This document shows, in pieces, positions 46,037 to 57,090 of a DNA stretch of 64,000 nt. Origin of the DNA: Candidatus Falkowbacteria bacterium GW2011_GWF2_43_32 (GTDB lineage: Bacteria; Patescibacteriota; Patescibacteriia; Patescibacteriales; UBA12465); the NCBI GenBank assembly GCA_000999715.1, contig LCGL01000001.1:387139-451138 (forward strand), given 5' to 3'. The notes under the pieces were generated by a model. The model ran no database searches. It was not told where the DNA came from and was given only the letters and a program-made list of their open reading frames with translations. Made by a program: the position numbers and the translations under genes. Position 1 is the first letter of the stretch; every line of letters starts with the position of its first letter.

Positions 46037-47260
46037 TTATATCTGGCCGATTTTTTCGCCGTTCGGTTTTCCGACGGCGTCTTTTTTAAAGCTGAATAAT
46101 AGAGCGGCGACGAGAGCCGTGCCGGCTCCGAAGAAGAAGGGGGCCTGAGGATTGATATAACTCCATAAAGCGCCGGCGATGACTGATGCGCCCAATACGC
46201 AAAGACCGGTAATCATTTGATAAGCGCCGAAAGCGGCGCCGGATTTGCTCGGGTCTATCGTTCGACCGATATAGGCGCGACTGATACCGTCATTCAAGGC
46301 CATGTAGAGTCCGTAAAACGGGAACAAAACCCAAATCCAAAAGTTATTTTGAGTTAACCCCAATCCCAAGTATATCAAGGCGAACATCCAAAAGCTGGCG
46401 GCCAAAATTCTTTTTGGGCCGATTTTATCGCTGAGCACGCCGATGGGATAGGAGAAAATCGAGTAGCTGATGTTATAAAGGACATAAGCGGCGACCGTTA
46501 AGGTAATCGTCAAGCCCAAATCTTGTGCGCGCAAGATTAAGAAAGCATCGGAACTGTTGCCGATAGCGAAAATTAAACTGACGATCAGAAAAAATTTTAA
46601 ATTCTTGTCTAATTCTTTCCATTTAAATTTCAAATTTAATTTTTTGGGCGCGGCGGCCTCGTTAACGACCGTAACAATCGGTTTCTTTTTTTCTCTGACA
46701 AAAATAATCAGCACCAGAACGCCGATGACCGAGGGAATGAAGGCCAAGAAGAAAATGGTGGAATAATTGTCTTGGAAGACGGCAATTAATGCCAGAGACA
46801 ATATGGTGCCGACGACCGCTCCCAGACTGTCCAAGGAGCGATGCAATCCGAAAGCGCGTCCGCGTTTTTCCGGCGGAACGCTTTCTAAAATCAGGGCGTC
46901 TCGCGCCGCCACTCGCGTTCCTTTGCCGAAGCGGTCGATAAAGCGGGCAAAAAGTACAAAGGGCCAAACATGGGCAAAACCCAATAACAGCTTGGAAACG
47001 CCGGATAAAGAATAACCGATGGTGACAAAAATTTTTCTTTTTTTCAGGTGATCGGAAATCCAGCCGGATACCAGTTTTAATAGGCTGGCCGTTGATTCGG
47101 CTACGCCTTCGATTAAGCCGATGACTGACGCCGGCGCGCCCAGAACAACCTTTAAAAAAATCGGTATAATCGGATAAATCATTTCCGAGGCGATGTCGTT
47201 AAAGAGGCTTACTAAGCCCATCGCCCAAACATTACGCGGTAATTTGTGATTATTTTCCAT
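46037..47260 (-). CDS. MFS transporter
   Basis: 12-TM pattern, GWISD..KKRK, RFIDRFGKG.R. Confidence 0.9.
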   Translation of the reverse strand: MENNHKLPRNVWAMGLVSLFNDIASEMIYPIIPIFLKVVLGAPASVIGLIEGVAESTASLLKLVSGWISDHLKKRKIFVTIGYSLSGVSKLLLGFAHVWPFVLFARFIDRFGKGTRVAARDALILESVPPEKRGRAFGLHRSLDSLGAVVGTILSLALIAVFQDNYSTIFFLAFIPSVIGVLVLIIFVREKKKPIVTVVNEAAAPKKLNLKFKWKELDKNLKFFLIVSLIFAIGNSSDAFLILRAQDLGLTITLTVAAYVLYNISYSIFSYPIGVLSDKIGPKRILAASFWMFALIYLGLGLTQNNFWIWVLFPFYGLYMALNDGISRAYIGRTIDPSKSGAAFGAYQMITGLCVLGASVIAGALWSYINPQAPFFFGAGTALVAALLFSFKKDAVGKPNGEKIGQI

Positions 47261-47384
47261 ATGTTAGTTTAAGTAATAAATAAATATCGGTTATTTAATT
47301 TTAACTCGGTCTATTCTTAAAGTCCAGACGATCGCCTGTCGGGTTCCGGTATTTATGTTATAATGGGAGATATTTATTAATTTT

Positions 47385-48194
47385 ATGAAACATCCTCAAT
47401 CCGTCGGCTTGGCTCTCGGTTCCGGCGCTTTTCGCGGTTTTGCGCATATTGGCGTGATAAAAGTTTTGGAAAAGAAAGGCGTCGCCATCGATTATATTGC
47501 CGGTTCCAGTATCGGCGCTTGGATTGCGGCTTATTATGCCGTTTTTCAAGACATTCGGCGCTTGGAAAATGATTTGTTGGCCGACCCCAAAGGCGGTTTG
47601 GCCGCTTTTATCGACCCCAGTTTGATCGGCGGATTTATCGGCGGGCGCAAATTAAACAGTTATTTGGAAAAAAGTTTGGGGCGGCACAGTTTTTCTTCTT
47701 TAAAAATTCCTTTGCGGATTGTGGCCACGGACTTGATCAGCGGTCTTCCGTTTATTTTTAAAGAAGGCGACGTGGCCAAAGCGGTTCGGGCCAGCACGTC
47801 CGTTCCTTTGGTTTTCCGGCCGGAATCGTATCAGAATAAGTTGTTGGTTGACGGAGCACTAAGCAATCCGGTGCCGGTCGGCGCGTTGAAAGAAATGGGC
47901 GCGAAGTCGGTTATCGCCGTCAATCTTTATCACAGAAACGAGTTCGTCAATCGTAAATTTACGATGTCCAAAATTGCTCTAAGAAGCATGCGTATCGTTA
48001 TTCACAATTTGGCGAAAGTGGATATTAAGGAAGCGGCAGCGGTTATTGAGCCGGATTGTTCGCCGTTCATCAAAAAAGAAGGCTGGGGAAAATATTTTAC
48101 GACCGAAGTGATTGCGGCTTTGATTACGATCGGCGAAGAAGCGGCGGAGCGAGCCTGGCCGGCGATTGAACGGGCGCTGGCCGAAGGGAAATAA
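47385..48194 (+). CDS. Patatin-like phospholipase
   Basis: LALGSGAFRG.AHIGV, GSSIG, DGA. Confidence 0.9.
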   Translation: MKHPQSVGLALGSGAFRGFAHIGVIKVLEKKGVAIDYIAGSSIGAWIAAYYAVFQDIRRLENDLLADPKGGLAAFIDPSLIGGFIGGRKLNSYLEKSLGRHSFSSLKIPLRIVATDLISGLPFIFKEGDVAKAVRASTSVPLVFRPESYQNKLLVDGALSNPVPVGALKEMGAKSVIAVNLYHRNEFVNRKFTMSKIALRSMRIVIHNLAKVDIKEAAAVIEPDCSPFIKKEGWGKYFTTEVIAALITIGEEAAERAWPAIERALAEGK

Positions 48195-48201
48195 GCTGTT
48201 T

Positions 48202-49239
48202 ATGAAATATAAATTTTATACAACTTCGCAAAAAGCTTGGGACGGGATGTTTGAAGCGATGGCGGCGGCGCAACAATCCATTTTTATTGAAATGTACATT
48301 TTTGCGGATGATACGCAGATAACGCATGATTTTTTAGGGTTGTTGAAAGACAAGGCGCGCGCCGGTTTGGAAGTTGTAATTATTGCCGACGCTTATGGCA
48401 GCGCTTCCTTGCGAAACAGCGCGGTGGACGAACTACGTTCGGCCGGTGCGGAATTCATTTTTTTCAGTCACTGGTTGCGACATACGCATCGCAAAATTTT
48501 AATCGTTGATAACGCGGTGGCCTTTATCGGCGGAGTGAACATTGAAGAAAAAATTCGGCATTGGCGCGATTTGCAAATCAGATTGCAAGGCCGGATTGTC
48601 AGACCGTTGTTGAAGTCCTTCGCCTATACTTATGAAATGGCGGGCGGCAAAAAGGAAAATATTTTGCAATACCGTCGCTTGCCTTTGATTAAAAAAATCA
48701 AATCCTGGATTACGGATAATTTGACGGACGCCGATAAAACTTATCATTTGAGCGGGTATTATCGAAAAAAAATTATTGCCGCGCAGACATCCATCTTGAT
48801 AGTGACGCCTTATTTGTTGCCGCCGCGTTGGTTGATTGCTTTGTTGGACGACGCTTGTCGCCGCGGGGTTAAAGTAGAAGTTCTTATTCCGCGGGATACG
48901 GACGTCAAACCTTTAAACAAGATTAATTATTGGAACGCCTGTCGGTTGGCCGATTACGGGGCGGAAATTTATTTGATGCCGTCCATGAATCATGCCAAAA
49001 TAATGTTGATTGATCAGGAAGAGGGTGTAATCGGTTCGCAGAATATTGATATTTTGTCTTTTCGGTTGAATGTCGAGGCGGGCGTCTTTTTTCGGCAAAA
49101 AGATTTGGTTAACGATTTGCAACATCTCGTGACGGAATGGAAAAAAGAAGCGACGCTTTTAACAAGCACGCCGGATAAGATAAAATGGTTTGATAAAATT
49201 TTAATCCGGATCTTAAAAATTTTTTATCCGATATTTTAA
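48202..49239 (+). CDS. Phospholipase D / cardiolipin synthase family
   Basis: Two HKD motifs, HRKILIVD and HAKIMLID. Confidence 0.88.
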   Translation: MKYKFYTTSQKAWDGMFEAMAAAQQSIFIEMYIFADDTQITHDFLGLLKDKARAGLEVVIIADAYGSASLRNSAVDELRSAGAEFIFFSHWLRHTHRKILIVDNAVAFIGGVNIEEKIRHWRDLQIRLQGRIVRPLLKSFAYTYEMAGGKKENILQYRRLPLIKKIKSWITDNLTDADKTYHLSGYYRKKIIAAQTSILIVTPYLLPPRWLIALLDDACRRGVKVEVLIPRDTDVKPLNKINYWNACRLADYGAEIYLMPSMNHAKIMLIDQEEGVIGSQNIDILSFRLNVEAGVFFRQKDLVNDLQHLVTEWKKEATLLTSTPDKIKWFDKILIRILKIFYPIF

Positions 49240-49303
49240 GACTTGTCTTTTGTGCCGGTTTCCGCTATAATAGCGGCAACATTAATTTTTAAATTTAACT
49301 TCC

Positions 49304-51793
49304 ATGGCCGATAGTTTTATTAAGATCAAGGGGGCGAGAACCAATAATTTAAAAAATATCAGCCTGGACATTCCCCGCGACAAGCTGGTGGTCATTACCG
49401 GTTTGTCGGGTTCGGGCAAATCTTCTTTGGCTTTTGATACCGTTTATGCCGAAGGACAGCGGCGTTATTTGGAATCATTATCTTCTTACGCGCGGCAATT
49501 TGCGGGTTTGATGGACAAGCCGGAAGTGGATTTGATTGAAGGGTTGTCGCCGGCGATTTCTATCGATCAACGCGCCGCCATGCATAATCCCCGGTCTACG
49601 GTCGGCACGATTACGGAAATTTACGATTATTTGCGTTTATTATATGCTCGTTCCGGAACGCCTTATTGTCCGCATTGCGATTTGAAATTGAAGAAAGCGG
49701 CGGAAGAGAAAAAAACCGTCAAGAACATTCGCGGTCGGGACATTAAATCTACCAAGCTGGAGAGATTTTTTTATTGTCCGTCTTGCGATTATCGCCGTCC
49801 GGAATTGGAGCCGCGCGATTTTTCTTTTAATTCCGCCAGTGGCGCTTGTTTGGTTTGCGGCGGTCTGGGAACCAAGGCGGAAATTGATCCGGAATTGTTG
49901 TTTAATCATAATCTCAGTATTTTGGAAGGAGCGATCAAACCTTTGGCCCATACGAACTCCAACGGTAACGGTCTATTTTTGGATTTGAATGAATTGGCGA
50001 CGCGTCATAATTTCAGTTTGCGCGTGGCCGTTAAAGATTTGGCGCCGGAGAAATATAAATTAATTTTGAAAGGCGACGGACAATTTCCGGGATTGTTGGC
50101 TTATTTGGAAGAAAAATATGACGGCACCAAATCCAATTTCGTCAAACAAGAGATAGAGAAAGTGATGCGCGTGTCTTTGTGTCCGGCTTGCCACGGTGCT
50201 CGTCTTAAAACGGAATCGTTGACGGTAAAAGTCAACGGCTTGTCCATTGCGGAAATCAGCAATAAAAGCATTAAAGAATTGTTGATATTGTTTGACGGTT
50301 GGTTGAAAAAGCCCGCCGTTTTGAATGGTGGCGCTAAAATCGGCGAACCGATAATCAAAGAAATGGTGAAGAATCTGGGATTTTTAAGCGATGTCGGATT
50401 GGATTATTTGTCTTTAAGCCGCAGTGCCGTCACTTTGTCGGGCGGCGAGGCGCAACGGATTAGGCTGGCTTCTCAGGTCAGCTCAACTTTGAGCGGCGTC
50501 TTATATGTTTTAGACGAACCCTCGGTCGGTTTGCATCAGAGAGATAACGATAAATTAATCGCGACGTTGAAAAATTTACGCGATAACGGCAGTACGGTTA
50601 TTGTGGTGGAACATGACGCCGCGACTATCTTGGCGGCCGATTGGTTGGTGGATATCGGGCCGGGTGCCGGTGATCTCGGCGGAGAGGTGTTGTTTACCGG
50701 AACACCGGACAATATTAAAAAATGCGCCGGTTCTTTGACCGGAGCTTATTTGTCCGGTAAAAAACAAATCAGAATTCCCGAGAAATTTCGGGCCGGTAAC
50801 GGTCAAGCGTTGAAAATCATCGGTGCGACCGAGCACAACTTAAAAAATATTGATGTGGAGATTCCTTTGGGAAAACTGGTGGCGATTACCGGCGTTTCCG
50901 GATCGGGCAAATCCACTTTGATGAACGATATTCTGGCCAACGCGCTTAATCGTAAATTTTATCGCGCCAAAACGGAACCGGGGGCGCACCGATCTCTCGT
51001 CGGCCTGGAATTTATTGATAAAGTGATTGATATTGATCAATCGCCCATCGGTCGGACGCCGCGCTCCAATCCGGCGACTTATACCGGTCTGTTTACCTAT
51101 ATTCGCGATTTGTTTGCCGATTTGCCCGAAGCTCGGGTGAAAGGCTTGGGGGCGGGACATTTTTCTTTCAATGTTCCGGGCGGGCGTTGTGAAAATTGTT
51201 CCGGTGACGGCGTGATTAAAGTGGAGATGCAATTTTTATCCGATGTATATTTGACTTGTGAAGTTTGCGGCGGACGCAAGTTCACGCCGAAGGTCTTGGA
51301 TGTTTTATATCAAGGAAAGAACATCGCCGAGATATTGGATATGACCGTGGCCGAGGCGCGAGAATTTTTTCACGGTCATTCGGCTTTGAGCCAGAAATTA
51401 AACACTTTGGAAGAAGTGGGGTTGGGTTATATCAAGCTCGGTCAGAGCGCTACGACCTTTTCCGGCGGAGAAGCCCAGCGCATCAAATTGGCGACGGAGT
51501 TGTCGCGTCGGGCGACCGGAAAAACTTTGTATATTTTAGACGAGCCGACGACCGGTTTGCATTTTGCCGATATCGATCGCTTGTTAAAAGTATTGAATAT
51601 GTTGGTTGATCAAGGTAATACCGTTTTGATTATTGAACATAATTTGGATGTCATTAAATCGGTGGATTGGGTAATTGATTTGGGGCCGGACGGCGGAGAC
51701 GAAGGCGGTTATTTGGTGGCTGCCGGCACGCCGCCGACGGTGGCGAAGACCGTTAAAAGTCACACGGGACGGTATTTGAAGGAAGTGTTATAA
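49304..51793 (+). CDS. uvrA: Excinuclease ABC subunit A (short form)
   Basis: [14 protein letters not shown], two LSGGE/FSGGE signatures, zinc fingers. Confidence 0.92.
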   Translation: MADSFIKIKGARTNNLKNISLDIPRDKLVVITGLSGSGKSSLAFDTVYAEGQRRYLESLSSYARQFAGLMDKPEVDLIEGLSPAISIDQRAAMHNPRSTVGTITEIYDYLRLLYARSGTPYCPHCDLKLKKAAEEKKTVKNIRGRDIKSTKLERFFYCPSCDYRRPELEPRDFSFNSASGACLVCGGLGTKAEIDPELLFNHNLSILEGAIKPLAHTNSNGNGLFLDLNELATRHNFSLRVAVKDLAPEKYKLILKGDGQFPGLLAYLEEKYDGTKSNFVKQEIEKVMRVSLCPACHGARLKTESLTVKVNGLSIAEISNKSIKELLILFDGWLKKPAVLNGGAKIGEPIIKEMVKNLGFLSDVGLDYLSLSRSAVTLSGGEAQRIRLASQVSSTLSGVLYVLDEPSVGLHQRDNDKLIATLKNLRDNGSTVIVVEHDAATILAADWLVDIGPGAGDLGGEVLFTGTPDNIKKCAGSLTGAYLSGKKQIRIPEKFRAGNGQALKIIGATEHNLKNIDVEIPLGKLVAITGVSGSGKSTLMNDILANALNRKFYRAKTEPGAHRSLVGLEFIDKVIDIDQSPIGRTPRSNPATYTGLFTYIRDLFADLPEARVKGLGAGHFSFNVPGGRCENCSGDGVIKVEMQFLSDVYLTCEVCGGRKFTPKVLDVLYQGKNIAEILDMTVAEAREFFHGHSALSQKLNTLEEVGLGYIKLGQSATTFSGGEAQRIKLATELSRRATGKTLYILDEPTTGLHFADIDRLLKVLNMLVDQGNTVLIIEHNLDVIKSVDWVIDLGPDGGDEGGYLVAAGTPPTVAKTVKSHTGRYLKEVL

Positions 51794-51813
51794 ATATTAT
51801 TGATTAAAATTTT

Positions 51814-51840
51814 AAAAGACCCGATGATCCGGGTCTTTTT
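51814..51840. terminator. Bidirectional terminator
   Basis: aaaagacccg...cgggtctttt. Confidence 0.8.
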
Positions 51841-51860
51841 GGTTTCTGATATCATTTTTT

Positions 51861-52358
51861 TTATAAATCGGCCACAAGTTTTAATTCCAGTTTTTCCGTG
51901 GCCGTGTCCAGGGTGGCGAAGGTCGCTTGATGAAAAGTTCCGGCGATATTGCCGGGATTAACGACGATGGCGGAACCGCGTTTGGAGAGCCAGGGTTTGT
52001 GAGTGTGACCGTAAAAAATAAAATTTAAATCTTGCGGCGCTATTTCCGACAGTTCGGAAATTTTTTCCGGTTCGTGGCAGAGGCCGATGTGCAAGCCGCC
52101 CAACTCGATGATGCCGAGCTCTCCGCAGTAGCGGATATTTTTACATTTATCCAGATCGTTTTCGCGGTATAATTCGATATTTCCACGAATTACAAAAATC
52201 TCGCCGTTGAAATTAGCGGCGAGCCAAGCGGCGGTTTCTCCGGTAGTCATATCGCCGCAACAGAGAATTTTTTCTATTTTGTGATTACGGCACCAAGACA
52301 GGCATTTGTCCAAATTGGCGAGATTGTCATGGATGTCGGAAATGATGGCGATGAACAT
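51861..52358 (-). CDS. Metallophosphoesterase (YfcE-like)
   Basis: SDIH, CGD, GN, GHTH, NPG. Confidence 0.88.
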   Translation of the reverse strand: MFIAIISDIHDNLANLDKCLSWCRNHKIEKILCCGDMTTGETAAWLAANFNGEIFVIRGNIELYRENDLDKCKNIRYCGELGIIELGGLHIGLCHEPEKISELSEIAPQDLNFIFYGHTHKPWLSKRGSAIVVNPGNIAGTFHQATFATLDTATEKLELKLVADL

Positions 52359-52370
52359 ATTGTCGAACGT

Positions 52371-52946
52371 TTATTTTTTACCGCGCAACTTTATTTCATA
52401 AGCCATTTGTTCCAATTTTCTGAGATGGCCGCGCGCTTGATCGTATTTGGTGCGAAGATAACCGGTTAAATCAAAATCAACCAGCTGGGCCATAATGTCA
52501 TCGGCAATTTTTTTTATTTTGGCGACGTCGTTGAATTTTCCGGCGGCGGCGCGGTTAGTGGCGTAGCGGACCAGTTCGCCGATCAGGTCGCAGATGCCGC
52601 CCAGATAACCCTCGTAATCCAAATCCAAACTTGATATGGCGGAGATTTTTTTGCCTTTGATCGTCGCGTGAAAAGTACTGGCTTCCAAATATTCTTCCAC
52701 GGCGGCTTTATAGGCCCCTTCGCGATTCAGGCGCGCCGCGCCGAAACGGGCTTGCAAATCTTTTAAAGCTTTTTCCGCGTCGTTGAGTTTGACGACGGCC
52801 GATTTAAAATCTTGGCGTTGCAGAGCGAAGATGGTTTTTTTGGCTTCAAATAAAATATTATTGGCGGCGCTGATGATTTGTCGGCGTTGCGATTCGTTGG
52901 CTTGGTAGTCTTTTTTTAATTTTTCTAAAAATTCGGTCTCGATCAT
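52371..52946 (-). CDS. Translin/Trax family protein
   Basis: AKK.IF.LQR, A.EEYLEA, YLGGICDLIGELVR, LRTKYD. Confidence 0.75.
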   Translation of the reverse strand: MIETEFLEKLKKDYQANESQRRQIISAANNILFEAKKTIFALQRQDFKSAVVKLNDAEKALKDLQARFGAARLNREGAYKAAVEEYLEASTFHATIKGKKISAISSLDLDYEGYLGGICDLIGELVRYATNRAAAGKFNDVAKIKKIADDIMAQLVDFDLTGYLRTKYDQARGHLRKLEQMAYEIKLRGKK

Positions 52947-52955
52947 AAAATTTGA

Positions 52956-55900
52956 TTAAATTACCCGGAACACTTCTTCCAGACTGGTTTCTCCGGCCAG
53001 TGCTTTTAAAATGCCGTCTTGCAGTATATTGATCATCCCGTCGGCGGCCGCGGCGGTTTCAATTTCAAAATCGGTGACGTTGGTAGTTTGAATTAATTTT
53101 TGAATATCGGGCGTCATGGCAATGGTTTCATATAATCCCAATCGGCCTTTATAACCGATTTTATTGCATTGGTCGCAACCGTGGCTGGTGTAGAAAACTA
53201 GCTTGTCCGGAATTTTGATTTGAGGGTTTTTAATTTTACTCAAGGCTTCTTGCGCTCGTTTTAAATCTTCCGGAGAAATTTTGGCTTCTTGCTTGCAGTG
53301 TGGACAGAGTTTGCGCACCAAGCGTTGGCCGATAGTAAATTCAATGGCATTCGCTAGGGTCTGACGATCTAATCCCAAGCCGGTAAAACGAGAAATTGCG
53401 CCGGCGGCGCTGTTGGCGTGAATGGTGGATAAAACCAAGTGTCCGGTCATCGCGGCTTCCACGGCGATTTTGGCGGTTTCCTGATCGCGAATTTCGCCGA
53501 TCATCATGATGTTCGGATTTTGACGCAACAACGAACGCATCGCCGCCGCAAAAGTATAACCGCGTTCTTCGTCAATTTGAGTTTGCATCACGCCCGCCAA
53601 TTGATATTCAATCGGATCCTCCACGGTGATGATTTTGACGTCCGGTTTGTTTAATTTGTTTAACACGCTGTATAGAGTGGTGGTTTTGCCGGAGCCGGTC
53701 GGACCGGTGGTCAGAATAATGCCTCGGGTTTTTTTCATGGCCTGTTGCAGAGAATCAAAGGAAACGGAAGTGATGCCCAATTTTTCCATATCTAAATTGG
53801 CGGCGGAAGTGGACAGCAAGCGGATAACGATGGTTTCGCCGTAACCGCCGGCAATAATGGACAAACGACAATCAATTTTCCGATCGGGCAAGTAAATGGT
53901 AAAGCGGCCGTCAAAAGTGGCTCGCCTGACATTGGTCGGCGCACCGGCCAATATTTTTATTTCCGACAATAGCGGCAGATAGCTGGTTTTCGGCAAACTG
54001 AGCACATCGTGTAAAACGCCGTCTATGCGGAAACGAACCTTCACATCGATGTCCGTCGGTTCAATATGAACATCGCCGGCATCGGCGACCACCGCCAAGG
54101 CGGCGATTAAATTGATCAGTTCGCCGGTGGGGATTTCTTTTACCGTTGCGGCGATTTTCGGTAAATCGCGGCTCAGTTCTTCCGCTTGTTTGACTCGCTC
54201 TGCTTTGATTTTGATGCCGCGGCCGATAGTTTGCGAAATGACGATATCGTATAATTCGTTGACGTAATCAAAGTTGCCGATAACACGATAAACTTCTTCC
54301 AAGGAAGTTTCGCCGTCCAAAGCTTTTAATACCCCGTCTTGCAACATGGTAATCATGCCGTCTTCAATGGCTTGTTGGAGAATTTTAAAAGAAGGCGCTT
54401 GATCAATGGTTAACTGCTTGATCTTATCGTCCATGGTAAAGACTTCAAAAATTCCGGTACGCCCTTTATAGCCGGTGAAATTACAATGCTCGCAACCGGT
54501 GCCTGCTTGATATAGTTTCGGTAAATTGGCCGGAATATCGATGCCGGCTTTGGGAGAAATAACCGACAAAATTTTATTGATTTGTTCGGTTTCGCTTTCA
54601 GTCGGCACATGTTCGGCGCGACAGTGCGGACAGAGTTTGCGCACCAAGCGTTGACCGATGACGGCATTGATTGCCGGCACCAAAAAATATGGTTTAACGC
54701 CGATGTCAATCAGACTGGGAATGGCATCGGCGGCGCTGTTGGCATGCAGAGTGGATAATACCAAATGGCCGGTCAGAGAAGCTTGAATGGCTATTTCCGC
54801 GGTTTCCAAATCGCGGATCTCGCCGATCATCACGATATTGGGATCTTGACGCAGAACCGAGCGCAGACCTTCGGAAAAAGTGTAGCCGCGTTTGGCGTCC
54901 ACTTGGCTTTGATTAATGCCCGGCAATTGATATTCCACCGGGTCTTCCAGAGTAATGATTTTGGCTCCCGGTTGATTCAGTTTGCTTAAAATCGCATACA
55001 AAGTGGTGGTTTTTCCGCCGCCGGTCGGACCGGTAGTCAAAATCAGGCCGTTGGGTTTGGAAATTTCTCTGTTTAGAATAGGCATGATTTCCGGGCGAAC
55101 GCCCAGTTTTTCCAATTCCAGCACGGTGGTGGCGGAATCCAAAATACGCATCACCACGCTTTCGCCGTAAGCGGTCGGCAAGAAAGAACAGCGGACATCG
55201 ATTTTTTTGTTTTTTAAGTAAATGGTATAGCGACCGTCTTGAGGTTTATTGGCGATGTTAATTTTAACGCGCGCCAAGATTTTCAAACGAGAAATTATTT
55301 TATCCCATTTCTCCCGACTGATTGTCGCCGCATCTTGCAAAACGCCGTCCAGGCGCATCCGAATAGCCACGCCGCTCTCTTCCGCTTCAACGTGAATGTC
55401 GCTCGCTTCAACCTTAATGGCCGTGGCCAGCAATAAAGTGATAACATCGGTGATGGTGACATCGTTTATTTTTTTGTCCAGGCTTTTGTAATTGGCGATA
55501 TCCGCCGCGAATTTTTCCAAATTGGCTTCGCTGATTTCTACGCCGCTTTCATATTTTTTGGTCGGCGGCAGAGCTTTGTAAGCGTTAAAAGCGATGTCCA
55601 GGCTGTTTTGGGAAATCAAATATAACTTAACTTCGGAAAAATATTGGTCGCTCAAACGGGTCATTTCATCTTTAACGGCGGCGGTAGGCTCCAAACAGGC
55701 AATCCGAATATTTTTGCCGTCGTAATAAAAACAAACGGCCCGGAGTTCTCGGGCGCGTTCTTCTTGAATCAAGATTAAAGCTTCTTGGCTAATCGGAAAA
55801 CCGGACAGGTTGACATAGTCCACGCCCATTTGTTCCGCTTCTTTTTTGGTCTGTTTTTCAACTTCTTTGATTTTTATCTCACCTTGCTTTTTAGCAAAAA

Positions 55901-55967
55901 GACCGGTGGTGCTTTCTTCATCGCCGGTCGGATTGATGAGGTTTTCAATGGAAGAGAGATCGCTCAT
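52956..55967 (-). CDS. pilB: GspE/PilB ATPase with two tandem ATPase modules
   Basis: GPTGGGKT and GPTGSGKT, two EDP.EY, two LRQ.PN....GEIRD, two Zn sites. Confidence 0.88.
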   Translation of the reverse strand: MSDLSSIENLINPTGDEESTTGLFAKKQGEIKIKEVEKQTKKEAEQMGVDYVNLSGFPISQEALILIQEERARELRAVCFYYDGKNIRIACLEPTAAVKDEMTRLSDQYFSEVKLYLISQNSLDIAFNAYKALPPTKKYESGVEISEANLEKFAADIANYKSLDKKINDVTITDVITLLLATAIKVEASDIHVEAEESGVAIRMRLDGVLQDAATISREKWDKIISRLKILARVKINIANKPQDGRYTIYLKNKKIDVRCSFLPTAYGESVVMRILDSATTVLELEKLGVRPEIMPILNREISKPNGLILTTGPTGGGKTTTLYAILSKLNQPGAKIITLEDPVEYQLPGINQSQVDAKRGYTFSEGLRSVLRQDPNIVMIGEIRDLETAEIAIQASLTGHLVLSTLHANSAADAIPSLIDIGVKPYFLVPAINAVIGQRLVRKLCPHCRAEHVPTESETEQINKILSVISPKAGIDIPANLPKLYQAGTGCEHCNFTGYKGRTGIFEVFTMDDKIKQLTIDQAPSFKILQQAIEDGMITMLQDGVLKALDGETSLEEVYRVIGNFDYVNELYDIVISQTIGRGIKIKAERVKQAEELSRDLPKIAATVKEIPTGELINLIAALAVVADAGDVHIEPTDIDVKVRFRIDGVLHDVLSLPKTSYLPLLSEIKILAGAPTNVRRATFDGRFTIYLPDRKIDCRLSIIAGGYGETIVIRLLSTSAANLDMEKLGITSVSFDSLQQAMKKTRGIILTTGPTGSGKTTTLYSVLNKLNKPDVKIITVEDPIEYQLAGVMQTQIDEERGYTFAAAMRSLLRQNPNIMMIGEIRDQETAKIAVEAAMTGHLVLSTIHANSAAGAISRFTGLGLDRQTLANAIEFTIGQRLVRKLCPHCKQEAKISPEDLKRAQEALSKIKNPQIKIPDKLVFYTSHGCDQCNKIGYKGRLGLYETIAMTPDIQKLIQTTNVTDFEIETAAAADGMINILQDGILKALAGETSLEEVFRVI

Positions 55968-55972
55968 AGTGT

Positions 55973-56953
55973 TTATTGTCGTCGTCTAAAAAGTCGTTCC
56001 AATTTTGCCAGAACGTTCGTCTCGCTCAATTGCAAGAATAGCCCCGTCCAGGCGCTGATTTGAAAAGTGGTCAGGAATGAGCCGATGAAAATGATGAGAA
56101 CAATCGCCAGAAACATGGTTAAAATCACCAGGCCGCCCAGTTCAAACAAAATACCCAAGAGCAATAACGGCAAAAGAAAGACGCCGATTAACAGAAGCAG
56201 AGCAAGGCCGACCAGAAAATTGACCAGGAAAAGAATGACTGCCGTTTCCAGACTGACCAACCAATGTTTTTTAAATAATTTCCAACCCTTTTCCAGCGAG
56301 GCCACGAAAGAATAATCGTCCAAAACTTGATAAGCGATGGCATATTTTACCATTAAAGACAGGCCGGCGGCCAAGGGTACGAAAATCACGAATAAAACGA
56401 TATAAACGATCGTTAAAATTGTGCCGCCTTGTATAACCATTAACAGCAGAGGCAGACAAACGATGAATAAAAGGCCGACAATAATCGCTTTGGTTAAGAT
56501 GTTCAAACACAAAACCGGCCAGAAATGACGGTGCCCGACGGTTAAACCGTCGCGGACGGACAGCGGCAATATTTTTTTCTTGAGATTCAAAATCTTTTTG
56601 ACGCTATCCACCAATGAAGCCTGGGAAGAAACGGCCAGCCAAACGATAAAGAGAATCAGGACGGCCGTGACGATCAGCACGGACAAGACATTCAGAATCG
56701 TCCAAAAATCATATTGGAAAAGACTGATTATTCCTTGCCATAAGTTTTTTAAGAAATCGCCGAAAGCCAAAATGTCTCCCAAACGAGAATAAAGGTTGTT
56801 GACCAAATTACGATTGAGATTCCCGAACAAAAGATGGTATTCCCAGGAGCCGCCGGCGGCGGTTAAAGAGGCAAATAACCCGAAAAACCATAAATATTTG
56901 TGTTTCCAAGCGATATTCAGAGATTGTTTTAATAAAGAGCGGTAAGAAAACAT
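55973..56953 (-). CDS. Hypothetical polytopic membrane protein
   Basis: 326 aa, multiple TM segments. Confidence 0.7.
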   Translation of the reverse strand: MFSYRSLLKQSLNIAWKHKYLWFFGLFASLTAAGGSWEYHLLFGNLNRNLVNNLYSRLGDILAFGDFLKNLWQGIISLFQYDFWTILNVLSVLIVTAVLILFIVWLAVSSQASLVDSVKKILNLKKKILPLSVRDGLTVGHRHFWPVLCLNILTKAIIVGLLFIVCLPLLLMVIQGGTILTIVYIVLFVIFVPLAAGLSLMVKYAIAYQVLDDYSFVASLEKGWKLFKKHWLVSLETAVILFLVNFLVGLALLLLIGVFLLPLLLLGILFELGGLVILTMFLAIVLIIFIGSFLTTFQISAWTGLFLQLSETNVLAKLERLFRRRQ

Positions 56954-57090
56954 AAGATTAAAAAGCTAGTTTTAATTTAGCTTAGTTAATTATTTACTTA
57001 AAATTAATTAAAAATTGATTGAAAAATTTCCGAAAGTCTGTTAATATTATAACATAATTTTATAATTAATACCAAATCAACAGCATCTAT

